Positions 18,188 to 28,666 of a stretch of DNA of 52,859 nucleotides are shown here, piece after piece. This stretch comes from a virus. Lineage: Duplodnaviria; Heunggongvirae; Uroviricota; Caudoviricetes. Under the pieces are notes generated by a model, which saw nothing but the letters and a program-made list of their open reading frames with translations, made no database searches and was not told the origin of the DNA. Position 1 is the stretch's first letter; each line of letters starts with the position of its first letter. The position numbers and the translations under genes were made by a program. The stretch is taken from IMG/VR virus record IMGVR_UViG_2909303794_000004; one strand, given 5' to 3'.

Positions 18188-18466
18188 ATGGCACGCAACG
18201 CAAAATATTACAATTCTGATAATTCGCCCGTTCTTGCCTGCACGCACGGGCGGTATTCTCACGCATTCAAGTCTGAATGGTTCCAGCACCCTCCATGCAC
18301 TGCAGAACAGGCCGAATGGCTGATTCATTCTTACCGCAGGCGCGGGTTCGAGGTTAAGAAAGCTCTCAGTCTCGACTATCGGCACTGGATAATCTCTGTC
18401 AGGCTGCCTTATTCCGAACGCCCACCACGTGCGTCCCGCACTTTCCAGCAACGGATCTGGAGGTAA
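18188..18466 (+). CDS. hypothetical protein (92 aa) translationally coupled to ydfU
   Basis: GGAG 7 nt upstream of ATG; stop TAA at 18464-18466 lies 1 nt before the ydfU GTG start and inside its Shine-Dalgarno. Confidence 0.5.
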   Translation: MARNAKYYNSDNSPVLACTHGRYSHAFKSEWFQHPPCTAEQAEWLIHSYRRRGFEVKKALSLDYRHWIISVRLPYSERPPRASRTFQQRIWR

Positions 18467-18467
18467 C

Positions 18468-19517
18468 GTGCGGGTATTACTTAGACCTGTTCTGGTGCCT
18501 GAGCTTGGGCTGGTGGTCCTTAAGCCGGGCCGTGAATCCATACAGATATTTCATAATCCTCGAGTGCTGGTGGAACCGGAACCAAAAAGCATGCGTAATC
18601 TGCCATCCGGAGTCGTTCCTGCCGTTCGCCAGCCGCTGGCGGAAGACAAAACATTGCTGCCGTTTTTTAGTAACGAACGGGTGATTCGTGCTGCTGGCGG
18701 CGTTGGCGCATTGTCCGACTGGCTATTACGTCATGTTACATCCTGCCAGTGGCCTAATGGCGATTACCATCACACTGAAACAGTCATTCACCGTTATGGT
18801 ACCGGCGCAATGGTGTTGTGCTGGCACTGCGACAACCAACTGCGTGACCAGACATCGGAATCACTGGAGCTGCTTGCTCAACAAAATCTGACAGCATGGG
18901 TGATTGACGTCATCCGTCACGCAATAAGCGGTACGCAGGAGCGGGAATTATCTTTGGCTGAATTATCCTGGTGGGCGGTCTGCAATCAGGTGGTGGATGC
19001 ACTACCTGAGGCTGTATCGCGTCGTTCGCTGGGATTACCAGCGGAAAAAATCTGCTCGGTGTACCGCGAAAGCGACATCGTACCGGGAGAGCAGACCGCC
19101 ACCAGCATATTGAAACAACGCACAAAAAATCTTGCACCGTTGCCTTACGCCCACCAGCAACAAAAATCACCACAGGAAAAGACGGTGGTAAGCATCACCG
19201 TTGATCCAGAGTCTCCGGAATCTTTCATGAAGCTGCCTAAACGTCGCCGCTGGGTTAAGGAGAAATACACACGTTGGGTTAAGACACAGCCGTGTGCTTG
19301 CTGCGGTATGCCAGCCGACGATCCGCATCATCTGATTGGTCACGGGCAGGGCGGAATGGGAACAAAAGCACATGATCTCTTTGTGTTGCCTTTGTGCAGA
19401 AAGCATCACAACGAGCTGCATACGGATACAGTGGCATTTGAAGAGAAGTATGGCTCCCAACTGGAGCTGATATTTCGTTTTATCGATCGCGTGCTGGCAA
19501 TTGGCGTACTGGCGTAA
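18468..19517 (+). CDS. ydfU: YdfU-like protein (349 aa) with C-terminal HNH-like Cys/His motif
   Basis: GTG start 5 nt after GGAGGT gives 349 aa; C-terminus CACCGMPADDPHHLIGHG…HDLFVLPLCRKHHNELH resembles an HNH nuclease motif. Confidence 0.65.
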   Translation: MRVLLRPVLVPELGLVVLKPGRESIQIFHNPRVLVEPEPKSMRNLPSGVVPAVRQPLAEDKTLLPFFSNERVIRAAGGVGALSDWLLRHVTSCQWPNGDYHHTETVIHRYGTGAMVLCWHCDNQLRDQTSESLELLAQQNLTAWVIDVIRHAISGTQERELSLAELSWWAVCNQVVDALPEAVSRRSLGLPAEKICSVYRESDIVPGEQTATSILKQRTKNLAPLPYAHQQQKSPQEKTVVSITVDPESPESFMKLPKRRRWVKEKYTRWVKTQPCACCGMPADDPHHLIGHGQGGMGTKAHDLFVLPLCRKHHNELHTDTVAFEEKYGSQLELIFRFIDRVLAIGVLA

Positions 19518-19530
19518 GTGGAGAACGAGC

Positions 19531-20283
19531 ATGAACCTTGAAGCCTTACCAAAATATTACTCCCCAAAATCTCCAAAATTGAGCGATGACGCTCCAGCGA
19601 CAGGCACCGGTTGTTTAACAATTACGGATGTAATGGCAGCGCAGGGGATGGTGCAGTCGAAAGCACCACTTGGGTTGGCCTTATTTCTGGCAAAAGTTGG
19701 TGTTCAGGACCCTCAGTTTGCGATTGAAGGCCTGCTAAATTACGCGATGGCACTGGATAACCCGACATTGAACAAATTGAGTGAAGAAATCCGGTTACAG
19801 ATTATTCCTTACCTCGTGAGTTTTGCCTTTGCTGATTACTCCAGGTCTGCGGCAAGTAAGGCTCGCTGTGAGCATTGTTCAGGTACGGGATTTTATAATG
19901 TATTGCGCGAAGTGGTGAAACACTACAGACGCGGGGAATCTGTAATCAAGGAAGAATGGGTGAAGGAACTATGTCAGCATTGCCATGGTAAGGGCGAAGC
20001 CAGCACAGCGTGCAGAGGGTGTAAGGGTAAAGGGATTGTTCTGGATGAAAAAAGAACCCGGTTTCATGGCGTACCGGTATATAAGATTTGTGGGCGTTGT
20101 AATGGAAACCGGTTTAGTCGTTTACCGATCACGCTGGCACGACGTCATGTCCAGAAGCTGGTACCAGACCTGACCGATTATCAGTGGTATAAGGGGTATG
20201 CGGACGTCATTGGTAAACTGGTAACAAAGTGCTGGCAGGAAGAAGCATACGCGGAAGCGCAATTGAGGAAGGTGACGAGATAA
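19531..20283 (+). CDS. quuQ: late-gene antiterminator Q (250 aa)
   Basis: 250-aa ORF with cysteine cluster (CEHCSGTG…CQHCHGKG…CRGCKGKG) upstream of a candidate late promoter and terminator; position and size match K-12 quuQ. Confidence 0.8.
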   Translation: MNLEALPKYYSPKSPKLSDDAPATGTGCLTITDVMAAQGMVQSKAPLGLALFLAKVGVQDPQFAIEGLLNYAMALDNPTLNKLSEEIRLQIIPYLVSFAFADYSRSAASKARCEHCSGTGFYNVLREVVKHYRRGESVIKEEWVKELCQHCHGKGEASTACRGCKGKGIVLDEKRTRFHGVPVYKICGRCNGNRFSRLPITLARRHVQKLVPDLTDYQWYKGYADVIGKLVTKCWQEEAYAEAQLRKVTR

Positions 20284-20314
20284 ATGATTTTTGCTGAAGA
20301 TGGCGACATGATGT

Positions 20315-20343
20315 TTGCATTTTTCAAAAAATATGGATAAAAT
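20315..20343 (+). promoter_or_regulatory. candidate late promoter (-35 TTGCAT, 17-bp spacer, -10 TAAAAT)
   Basis: hexamers read directly; 32 nt downstream of the Q stop; terminator about 50 nt further on. Confidence 0.5.
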
Positions 20344-20389
20344 TTTTTCAACGATGGGCTTTGTATACCCGACGTTAAGAAAAAGTAGA

Positions 20390-20416
20390 AAACCCGCTGA
20401 TGAGCGGGTTTTGTGC
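20390..20416 (+). terminator. intrinsic terminator downstream of the candidate late promoter
   Basis: AAACCCGCTGATGAGCGGGTTTTGTGCTTT hairpin plus U-rich tail. Confidence 0.65.
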
Positions 20417-20704
20417 TTTAAATGGGGCAATGGTAATGTTGAATCTCATCCCGGGACTCATGTCTGTTAACTTATTATTTAGCTGGTGACTTGGTTATTT
20501 GCCTGATGTTTAAAATGTTTTCTTCCAGTACAATGTCCCTAAACACAATGAGTCTGCTTATTATATTATTAGCAGAGCTATTACGGCCAAAGTACAGCAT
20601 AAGCTTTTAAAGCCAATCAACCAGTCATCAAGACAGACGGGGTTATTCATAAAAACTCTCCATGTGTGATCCGATGGGGCCTGAAATTAAAGCTTTAATA
20701 TAGC

Positions 20705-20917
20705 TCATGAAAGGTAAACATTGGCAGCTGAAGGGCCACGCAGACCATTTATCCGGCAAAATTCCACGCGTAATCCGGTGGTAATTTCTTCTGCATCGCG
20801 GAGATTGAGCGCTGAAACATGAAGCTGGACATCGATACGACCATCGGATGGGGTGATAAGACCCTTGCCGCTTTTGCCGTCAAAGGTTTTGACAATTCCT
20901 GTCATTTTACGGGACAA
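20705..20917 (-). CDS. cspF: cold-shock domain protein, CspF/CspH-like (70 aa)
   Basis: [27 protein letters not shown]…[19 protein letters not shown]; cold-shock domain with the divergent CspF-type sequence. Confidence 0.8.
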
Positions 20918-21217
20918 AAAAATTCCTTAATACTGATAACTTGGCGCACTATACACACGTTCCTGAAGAAAGCTATAGTTTTTTGATGGGGTTGAAGATG
21001 GCTGGATGTCTAAAATAAACATTGCTTCATATGTTCAACTATGCGTTAATGATTGCGTCGGTTTGAAGAACAGACGATATACGAAGTAGTTTACTAAAGC
21101 AGTTCTCATTTCAGGTGTTATTCACTTATTCCTTCTTTGAGTCTCTCCAATTAAGTACGAAGTCGTTTCTGTTATGCAAACCATTTATGCCGAAAGGCTC
21201 AAGTTAAGGAATGTAGA

Positions 21218-21433
21218 ATGTCAAATAAAATGACTGGTTTAGTAAAATGGTTTAACGCTGATAAAGGTTTCGGCTTTATTTCTCCTGTTGATGGTAGTAA
21301 AGATGTGTTTGTGCATTTTTCTGCGATTCAGAATGATAATTATCGAACCTTATTTGAAGGTCAAAAGGTTACCTTCTCTATAGAGAGTGGTGCTAAAGGT
21401 CCTGCAGCAGCAAATGTCATCATTACTGATTAA
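21218..21433 (+). CDS. cspB: cold-shock protein CspB (71 aa)
   Basis: [67 protein letters not shown]… near-identical to remembered CspB. Confidence 0.9.
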   Translation: MSNKMTGLVKWFNADKGFGFISPVDGSKDVFVHFSAIQNDNYRTLFEGQKVTFSIESGAKGPAAANVIITD

Positions 21434-21714
21434 AATTCATCGCTCGTCTGTATACGATAACGAAGAAGGCTGATGCCTGAGTAGAGATACGGACAGAGTA
21501 GTGAATATTGGATCTCTTTAATAAAAAGTAAGGAGGTCCAATACATGAAACAATGGCTAGCATATTTGGCAAAATCTTAATCAGGAAAAGTATGCTAACC
21601 ATTGTGGTGAAGTGCAGGTTTGCTGCATGAATAGTTTTACAGCAGAAGCTAACTGCTGGCATGGCAAAACAAAGTGCGTAAGTGGATGACTCCCACAAAA
21701 AGCACCACAATCTC

Positions 21715-21738
21715 AAACCCGCTCAGGCGGGTTTTTTA
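21715..21738 (+). terminator. intrinsic terminator
   Basis: AAACCCGCTCAGGCGGGTTTTTT. Confidence 0.55.
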
Positions 21739-21796
21739 TTATCTGCTTTAAATATATTATTAAAATATAAAAAATACTTGTTACTAATAAAATCAA

Positions 21797-22018
21797 TCAG
21801 GCTACAGCTTTAAGATTTGTCTGGAATACTTTGTTGCAATGAGGGCAGATCAAAAGGGCACCTTTTTGTACTCTTGAAAAACTGTGTTCTGACTCTTGGG
21901 TGCAGTTTGGGCAGGAACATTTAACGAGATAATTACGGCGTGATTTTGAGTTTTTACGTTCTGACATAGGCTTTTCCTGTATAAATGGCCGTATACAGTA
22001 CACTAAATATGAAAACAT
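21797..22018 (-). CDS. small zinc-ribbon protein (CxxC…CxxC), hypothetical
   Basis: 73-aa ORF (probable internal start MSERKNSK…) containing CSCPNC…CPHC; between cspB and the holin gene. Confidence 0.4.
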   Translation of the reverse strand: MFSYLVYCIRPFIQEKPMSERKNSKSRRNYLVKCSCPNCTQESEHSFSRVQKGALLICPHCNKVFQTNLKAVA

Positions 22019-22186
22019 TTCTCGTATTATTATTTTATATATGACTTTCTTTCAAAATAATTACCCACATTTTTAATGTGTATGTTTTTTTAGCGCCGTT
22101 GAGAACAACGTGTGCTGTCAAAACTACCCCGTAGACTCCGATCTTTTCAAACATATTGCACCATCCGTGTACATCGGGGTGAGGAT

Positions 22187-22402
22187 ATGAAATCAATGGA
22201 TAAGTTAACAACAGGTGTTGCCTATGGCACATCGGCGGGTAATGCTGGTTTCTGGGCATTGCAGTTACTCGATAAAGTAACTCCGTCACAGTGGGCTGCA
22301 ATCGGTGTGCTGGGTAGCCTGGTTTTTGGCCTGCTGACGTATCTGACAAATCTTTATTTCAAGATTAAAGAAGACAGGCGTAAGGCTGCGAGAGGAGAGT
22401 AA
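22187..22402 (+). CDS. essQ: class II holin (pinholin-like, S21 family; 71 aa) with dual-start motif
   Basis: [53 protein letters not shown]…; GGTGAGGA Shine-Dalgarno; two TM segments; precedes a SAR endolysin. Confidence 0.8.
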   Translation: MKSMDKLTTGVAYGTSAGNAGFWALQLLDKVTPSQWAAIGVLGSLVFGLLTYLTNLYFKIKEDRRKAARGE

Positions 22403-22406
22403 TCCA

Positions 22407-22718
22407 ATGACTCAAGACTATGAACTGGTTGTGAAAGGAGTCCGTAATTTTGAGAATAAAGTTACGGTAACTGTAGCCTTACAGGACAAAGAACGCTTTG
22501 ACGGTGAAATTTTTGACCTGGATGTCGCCATGGACCGTGTTGAAGGAGCTGCGCTGGAGTTTTATGAGGCAGCAGCCAGAAGGAGCGTCCGGCAAGTCTT
22601 CCTGGAAGTAGCAGAAAAATTGTCAGAAAAAGTTGAGTCTTATCTGCAGCATCAGTACTCCTTTAAGATTGAAAATCCTGCCAATAAGCACGAGCGTCCT
22701 CATCATAAATATCTATGA
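22407..22718 (+). CDS. ydfR: YdfR-like protein (103 aa)
   Basis: 103-aa ORF between holin and endolysin as in K-12; stop overlaps the endolysin start (ATGA). Confidence 0.65.
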   Translation: MTQDYELVVKGVRNFENKVTVTVALQDKERFDGEIFDLDVAMDRVEGAALEFYEAAARRSVRQVFLEVAEKLSEKVESYLQHQYSFKIENPANKHERPHHKYL

Positions 22719-22832
22719 ACACAAAAATCAGATACGGCCTGTCGGCTGCCGTTCTGGCGCTGATTGGTGCTGGCGCATCTGCTCCTCAGATACTTGACCA
22801 GTTTCTGGACGAAAAAGAAGGTAACCACACAA
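22715..22832 (+). pseudogene. SAR-endolysin gene, 5' part (39 codons with N-terminal signal-arrest-release helix), interrupted by IS629-like insertion
   Basis: MNTKIRYGLSAAVLALIGAGASAPQILDQFLDEKEGNHT then the IS left end; frame resumes at 24146. Confidence 0.8.
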
Positions 22833-22874
22833 TGAACCGCCCCGGGTTTCCTGGAGAGTGTTTTATCTGTGAAC

Positions 22875-23765
22875 TCAGGCTGCCAGATCATCGTTTCCGA
22901 TGGAAGCATAATAAGCTTTTTCTGCTTCTGCCGGAGGAGTATGGCCCAGCCTTTCCAGCAATCGTCGATTGTTATACCAGTCCACCCACGTGAGTGTGGC
23001 CAGTTCCACTTCTGCACGGTTTTTCCAGCTCTTACGGTGTATTACCTCCGCTTTGTAAAGGCCATTGATGCTCTCCGCCATCGCGTTGTCATACGAGTCG
23101 CCTGTACTTCCTGTTGATGCCAGTAATCCGGCTTCCTTAAGCCGCTGTGTGTAGGCCAGCGATACATACTGAGAACCTTTATCACTGTGATGGACTGTGC
23201 CGGACGGTCGACGGGCCCATAACGCCTGCTCCAGAGCATCCAGCACAAATGTCGTTTCCATAGACGATGAGACCCGCCACCCCACGATGTATCCGGCAAA
23301 CACATCAATGATGAACGCCACATAGACGACCCCCTGCCATGTGCTGACGTAAGTAGAATCAGCCACCCACAACTGGTCAGGACGTTCTGCCACGAACTGA
23401 CGGTTTACGCGGTCGCCTGCGACAACGGCTTTCCGGCTGATGGTCGTACGGACCTTTTTACCACGGAGAACACCGGCAAGTCCCATAACCGCCATGAGAC
23501 GTGCCACAGTGCATCTGGCCACTCTGATACCTTCCCGTAACAACTGACGCCAGACTTTACGCACACCGTATACCTTGTGATTTTCATCGTATACGCGCTG
23601 TATCTCTTTCTTCAGCCAGTCATCGCGCTGCGCACGGGCACTGCGTTTATCCGGATGATGTCGCTGTTGCTGACAGTGGTAATACGTTGACGGGGCAATA
23701 TGCAGTTCGCTGCATAGCGGTCCGACCCCGTACTGCTCACGCAGCTTATCCAGCAGTGGCATCAT
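22875..23765 (-). CDS. IS3-family transposase OrfB
   Basis: 296-aa ORF homologous to 9225-10112. Confidence 0.9.
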   Translation of the reverse strand: MMPLLDKLREQYGVGPLCSELHIAPSTYYHCQQQRHHPDKRSARAQRDDWLKKEIQRVYDENHKVYGVRKVWRQLLREGIRVARCTVARLMAVMGLAGVLRGKKVRTTISRKAVVAGDRVNRQFVAERPDQLWVADSTYVSTWQGVVYVAFIIDVFAGYIVGWRVSSSMETTFVLDALEQALWARRPSGTVHHSDKGSQYVSLAYTQRLKEAGLLASTGSTGDSYDNAMAESINGLYKAEVIHRKSWKNRAEVELATLTWVDWYNNRRLLERLGHTPPAEAEKAYYASIGNDDLAA

Positions 23766-24088
23766 TTTTTCCAGAGGCGGTCGAACTCCGCCTTCGCAAA
23801 ATAAGCGGAAGCCTGGCGAAGGATATCGTTACTGCGGCGCAGTTCACGATTTTCACGTTCCAGCTCTTTCAGACGCTGACGTTCAGCGGTGGTGAGCCCG
23901 CCATCACCGCCTCCGGTATCCCGCTCATGCTGGCGTACCCAGACACGCAGAGTCTCCGGTGTACAGCCAATCTTTGGGGCAATGGAACAAATTGCCGCCC
24001 ACTGTGAGTCATATTCGCCCTGACTTTCCAGAACCATACGAATCGCCCTCTGACGGACTTCGGGGGAAAAACGAGTATTTTTAGTCAT
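23762..24088 (-). CDS. IS3-family transposase OrfA
   Basis: 108-aa ORF, 2 substitutions relative to copy 1. Confidence 0.9.
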   Translation of the reverse strand: MTKNTRFSPEVRQRAIRMVLESQGEYDSQWAAICSIAPKIGCTPETLRVWVRQHERDTGGGDGGLTTAERQRLKELERENRELRRSNDILRQASAYFAKAEFDRLWKK

Positions 24089-24145
24089 CCTGTTTACCTC
24101 TTTCTCAGGGAGTTTAGTCTCCAGGATTCCCGGGGCGGTTCACAA

Positions 24146-25055
<910 letters not shown>

Positions 25056-25416
25056 GGTAATATTAAATCGGAACATTTACATCGCGGAATGTAAAATTTG
25101 AATAAAAAGGACTCTTCCATGAGCCAAAATTCCTGAAATCTTAAGGGTAAGATAAAAGGTCTTAATCAGAATGACACGTTTTATTAATAAATAAAGCTAT
25201 TCTTTCATTGCTGTGTTTTTCTTTACAAAAGTAATCCTTGCTATGGGTGGTTAATCATGCGTTAATGGTGTTCTGGTTTGTTACAAATTTATCTGAAGCA
25301 GTCATTGTTATAATTTTATTATTTGTACCTCTTGAGATTTCCTTGTTGGTTTTTCTCTCTGATATTTTTTTCGGACCATTCTGCCCAAGGGCTAATTTCT
25401 TCAAAAGGTAATAATT

Positions 25417-25629
25417 ATGTCTAACAAAATGACTGGTTTAGTGAAATGGTTTAACCCTGAAAAAGGTTTTGGTTTCATCACGCCGAAAGATGGCAGCAAA
25501 GATGTGTTTGTCCATTTCTCAGCAATTCAGAGCAACGATTTCAAAACATTAACTGAGAATCAGGAAGTTGAATTTGGTATTGAGAACGGACCTAAAGGTC
25601 CTGCCGCTGTTCATGTAGTGGCGCTTTGA
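25417..25629 (+). CDS. cspI: cold-shock protein CspI (70 aa)
   Basis: [70 protein letters not shown] matches remembered CspI. Confidence 0.9.
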   Translation: MSNKMTGLVKWFNPEKGFGFITPKDGSKDVFVHFSAIQSNDFKTLTENQEVEFGIENGPKGPAAVHVVAL

Positions 25630-25835
25630 GGTAGACAATATTACAAACCATATTCACTTTAGATGCCCGTGTTGTCATGGTTCCCAGTATAGAACATCAT
25701 CTTTTGATGTTTCTGACATGAATCCTTTCGGGGCAAAATGTATCTTTTGTAAATCAATGATGATTACATTTGATAATATTTCACAATACTTAAATGCCAG
25801 CCGTCTGTCGTTGGATTTAAAAAAGTGAAAATGAA

Positions 25836-25857
25836 GGCTCCTTCGGGAGCTTTTTTG
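25836..25857 (+). terminator. intrinsic terminator
   Basis: GGCTCCTTCGGGAGCTTTTTT. Confidence 0.6.
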
Positions 25858-25900
25858 CTTGGTGTCTATTCGATGGATACTCACATACTACGGTAACATC

Positions 25901-26131
25901 ATGAAAAAAATCATAGTTTTTTTTAACTCTGAACCAGCAGTGGTAGTGCCAGCGATGACTGGAGTGAACACCATCATGCGTGAATATCCAAATGGCGAAA
26001 AAACACACCTTACTGTAATGGCCGCAGGGTTTCCATCTCTGACCGGAGATCATAAAGTCATTTATGTAGCCGCGGATCGACATGTTACTTCAGAAGAAAT
26101 TCTGGAAGCAGCAATAAGGCTCTTGAGTTGA
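25901..26131 (+). CDS. hypothetical protein (76 aa)
   Basis: internal start MKKIIVFFNSEPAVVVP… of the 90-aa track ORF; protein-like composition, weak ribosome-binding site. Confidence 0.4.
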   Translation: MKKIIVFFNSEPAVVVPAMTGVNTIMREYPNGEKTHLTVMAAGFPSLTGDHKVIYVAADRHVTSEEILEAAIRLLS

Positions 26132-26299
26132 TTTGATGCTATTGCATTGATAATTCAGGAAAATTCTCTTTGTCTGTTTGTGTAAAATTTAGACTATCGT
26201 ATGTTGATTATTGCGATGTTTCATCTTATCTTTTACACGTTTGCACCATATAATCGACTTACTGTGTAACTGGAAAGTCATAACAGACTAAAAGAGGAA

Positions 26300-26476
26300 A
26301 TGATGAATATTGAAGACTTAAAAACAAAAGCAGAAGCAGATATTTCTGAATATATAACAAAAAAAATTATTGAACTTAAGAAAAAGACCGGGAAAGAAGT
26401 TACCAGTATTCAGTTTACCGCACGGGAAAAAATGACGGGTCTTGAAAGCTATGATGTCAAGATTAATTTAATCTGA
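26300..26476 (+). CDS. gnsB: GnsA/GnsB-family small protein (58 aa)
   Basis: manual translation MMNIEDLKTKAEADISEYITKKIIELKKKTGKEVTSIQFTAREKMTGLESYDVKINLI resembles remembered GnsB; below the ORF-track cutoff. Confidence 0.65.
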   Translation: MMNIEDLKTKAEADISEYITKKIIELKKKTGKEVTSIQFTAREKMTGLESYDVKINLI

Positions 26477-26627
26477 TGTATTCAATAATAAAATTTATCC
26501 ATAAACCTCGTTTTTACGGGGTTTTGTTATATTTGAATGGTTCCGAATATCTAAATCACAATTGTTGATGTTTTTTATTAAACCAATGCAGTCCGGCTCA
26601 GGAGTGAGAGAAGCCGGACGTTATGGT

Positions 26628-27074
26628 TTAGCGTGGTAAGATCTGTGTAGTTTTCTGGATGCTTTCAGTAATTTTCTGGATGCTTTCAGTAAATAGTAAT
26701 GAGTTATCAAAGGCATAGTAATATCTTTGGTGTTCCTGGATATTTGTAACCCATCGGAAAACTCCTGCTTTAGCAAGATTTTCCCTGTATTGTTGAAATG
26801 TGATTTCTTTTGATTTCAACTTATTATAGGAGGTCTCTATAAGATGTTTGTTTCTGGAGAATTTAACATTTACAACCTTTTTGAGTCCTTTTACTAACAC
26901 TATGTTGTCGTTTTCTAACACAATGTGAATATTATCTGTGGCTAAATAGTAAATATAAAGTGAGACATTGTGACGTTTTAGCTCAGAATAAAATAATTCA
27001 CAGTTTAAATCTTTACGCACTTGATCGAATATTTCTTTAAAAATGGCAGCCTGAGCCATTGGTAAACCTTCCAT
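26628..27074 (-). CDS. ydfO: YdfO-like protein (148 aa) with C-terminal 7-aa tandem repeat
   Basis: ORF in the K-12 ydfO position; 3' end contains a 21-bp tandem duplication encoding [14 protein letters not shown]. Confidence 0.6.
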   Translation of the reverse strand: MEGLPMAQAAIFKEIFDQVRKDLNCELFYSELKRHNVSLYIYYLATDNIHIVLENDNIVLVKGLKKVVNVKFSRNKHLIETSYNKLKSKEITFQQYRENLAKAGVFRWVTNIQEHQRYYYAFDNSLLFTESIQKITESIQKTTQILPR

Positions 27075-27359
27075 GTGATACGATGGCGCGTAGTTTGCAT
27101 TATCGTGTTTATTGTTTCAATCTGGTCTGACCTCTTTGTGTTTTGTTGATGATTTATGTCAAATATTAAGCCTGTTTTTAATGAATAGTGTTGATTGCGT
27201 AACAAAGTTGAGCCTTGCTGGCATCCAGGAGGGATATGCAACCGACAGATGTATGTAAGGTCGATGTACTCAAACTTTCATACTTTTCCTCTTTTATGCA
27301 GAAAGATTTGAAGTAATATTTTAACCGCTAGATGACGAGCAAACGCATGGAGCGACAAA

Positions 27360-27566
27360 ATGAATAAAGAAAAATCTGCTGATGAACTCTCGTTGGATCT
27401 GATTCGTGTAAAAAATATGCTTAATAGCACCATTTCTATGAGTTACCCGGATGTTGTAATTGCATGTATAGAACATCAGGTGTCTCTGGAAGCATTCAGG
27501 GCAATTGAGGCAGCGTTGGTAAAGCACGATAAGAATTCGAAGGATTATTCCCTGGTGGTTGACTGA
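27360..27566 (+). CDS. ynfO: YnfO-like small protein (68 aa)
   Basis: 68-aa ORF in the K-12 ynfO position upstream of the terminase genes. Confidence 0.45.
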   Translation: MNKEKSADELSLDLIRVKNMLNSTISMSYPDVVIACIEHQVSLEAFRAIEAALVKHDKNSKDYSLVVD

Positions 27567-27924
27567 GCACCATAACTGCTAATCATTCAAACTATTTCAC
27601 CTGTGACAGAGTCAATGTCGCATTCTGTCACTGTCAGGCTAATACAGAGCTGCAATTCAACTACTGCAATGTCCTCGTAATTAGGTGAATTTACAATATC
27701 GTCCTGTTTGGATGCCGGCTGCATTGCTGAAGATGAGGTATTTATGGTTCGCATATTTTCCCCTCATGCTCGTCAGTCCTGTGCGTAGGAAGAAACAGGA
27801 CACTCACACTAATTTGTGTGGGCATGCTGTGATGTCCTTCTGAATTATTCCTATGCCATTATGTAAAGCGCTGTATCAGATGCTCGTCACGGCTGTCAGG
27901 CTGTCGGGTCCTCCCGGTGGGGGC

Positions 27925-27960
27925 CCCTGCCACGGGGCGGGAGCGTCGCGGAAAAAGGCT
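27925..27960 (+). promoter_or_regulatory. candidate cohesive-end site (cosN)
   Basis: ACGGGGCGGGAGCGTCGCGG resembles the lambda cosN core ACGGGGCGGCGACCTCGCGG; lies about 195 bp upstream of the terminase small-subunit start, as in lambda. Confidence 0.5.
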
Positions 27961-28130
27961 AGTTTTTGCATTTCCATGGCGGCGGCAGCATGTTTGGTAA
28001 TTTATTGATAATTAAAAGTTATTTCTCTTTTCACCTGTACAATATTTTTTTCTCCCTGTCATTAGACCAGTTTGCAATTAATTGAAATATATAAATAAAC
28101 ATGATTTTCACCTGCCAGATGGAGTTGCTT

Positions 28131-28658
28131 ATGTCAAATGTGAGCGGGATCGGTGATGCTTATTACTGGAGTGTTTTTAAAATCGCTGAGGCCTTTGGGC
28201 TTCACCGGGACACAGTAAAAAAACGGCTCCTCGCGGCCAACACTCCTGTGGCTGCGACTGTCAGGGGGAACCCCGTTTACGCCCTGCAGCATGTCGGGCC
28301 AGCCCTGTTTAGTGTGAAGCATGAGGCAGCAGACTCTGTTCATGATCCATCCCGTATGGAGCCGAAAGAGAGAAAGGACTGGTACCAGTCTGAAAATGAA
28401 AGGATCAAGCTGGAAAAGGAGCAGCGAAAACTCATCCCCGTTGATGAAGTAGTCATCGTCTATTCGTCCATGAGAAAGGCTGTCGTCCAGGTTCTGGAGA
28501 CAATTCCGGATGTTCTTGAACGCGATTGCGCCCTGACTCCTCAGGCCGTCGGCGTTGTACAGCAGGCCATTGATGACCTGCGATACACTCTTCAGGAAAA
28601 ATCCTACGAGGCTTGTGCTGCTGAATTAATTCCTGATGAGGAAGGAGAGAGTCTCTAG
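28131..28658 (+). CDS. terminase small subunit (Nu1/NohQ-like)
   Basis: 175-aa product with N-terminal HTH-like region; immediately upstream of the large subunit and downstream of cos. Confidence 0.8.
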   Translation: MSNVSGIGDAYYWSVFKIAEAFGLHRDTVKKRLLAANTPVAATVRGNPVYALQHVGPALFSVKHEAADSVHDPSRMEPKERKDWYQSENERIKLEKEQRKLIPVDEVVIVYSSMRKAVVQVLETIPDVLERDCALTPQAVGVVQQAIDDLRYTLQEKSYEACAAELIPDEEGESL

Positions 28659-28666
28659 GAGGAATA

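Larger units (their letters stand above)
22833..24142 (-). mobile_element. IS629-like IS3-family element, copy 2 (1310 bp), inverted relative to copy 1, with 3-bp target duplication CAA
   Basis: same terminal sequences as copy 1 in reverse orientation; CAA at 22830-22832 and 24143-24145; transposase proteins differ from copy 1 at about a dozen residues. Confidence 0.9.

Noticed and set aside
20284-20700. tRNA genes downstream of Q, as found in some lambdoid prophages
   Set aside because: No cloverleaf-compatible sequence or T-loop-like GTTCRA motif seen on either strand.
8845-24142. Inversion of the 12.7-kb segment between the two IS629-like copies
   Set aside because: Copy 2 retains a matching CAA duplication and the endolysin halves are colinear across it, so recombination between the copies has not occurred in this sequence; only the potential remains.
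27580-27800. Hairpins (GTGACAGA…TCTGTCAC; GTCCTGT…ACAGGAC) between ynfO and cos as a possible sRNA or terminator
   Set aside because: No U-tail, no promoter and no conservation evidence available; could equally be terminase or IHF-related structure near cos. Left unannotated.
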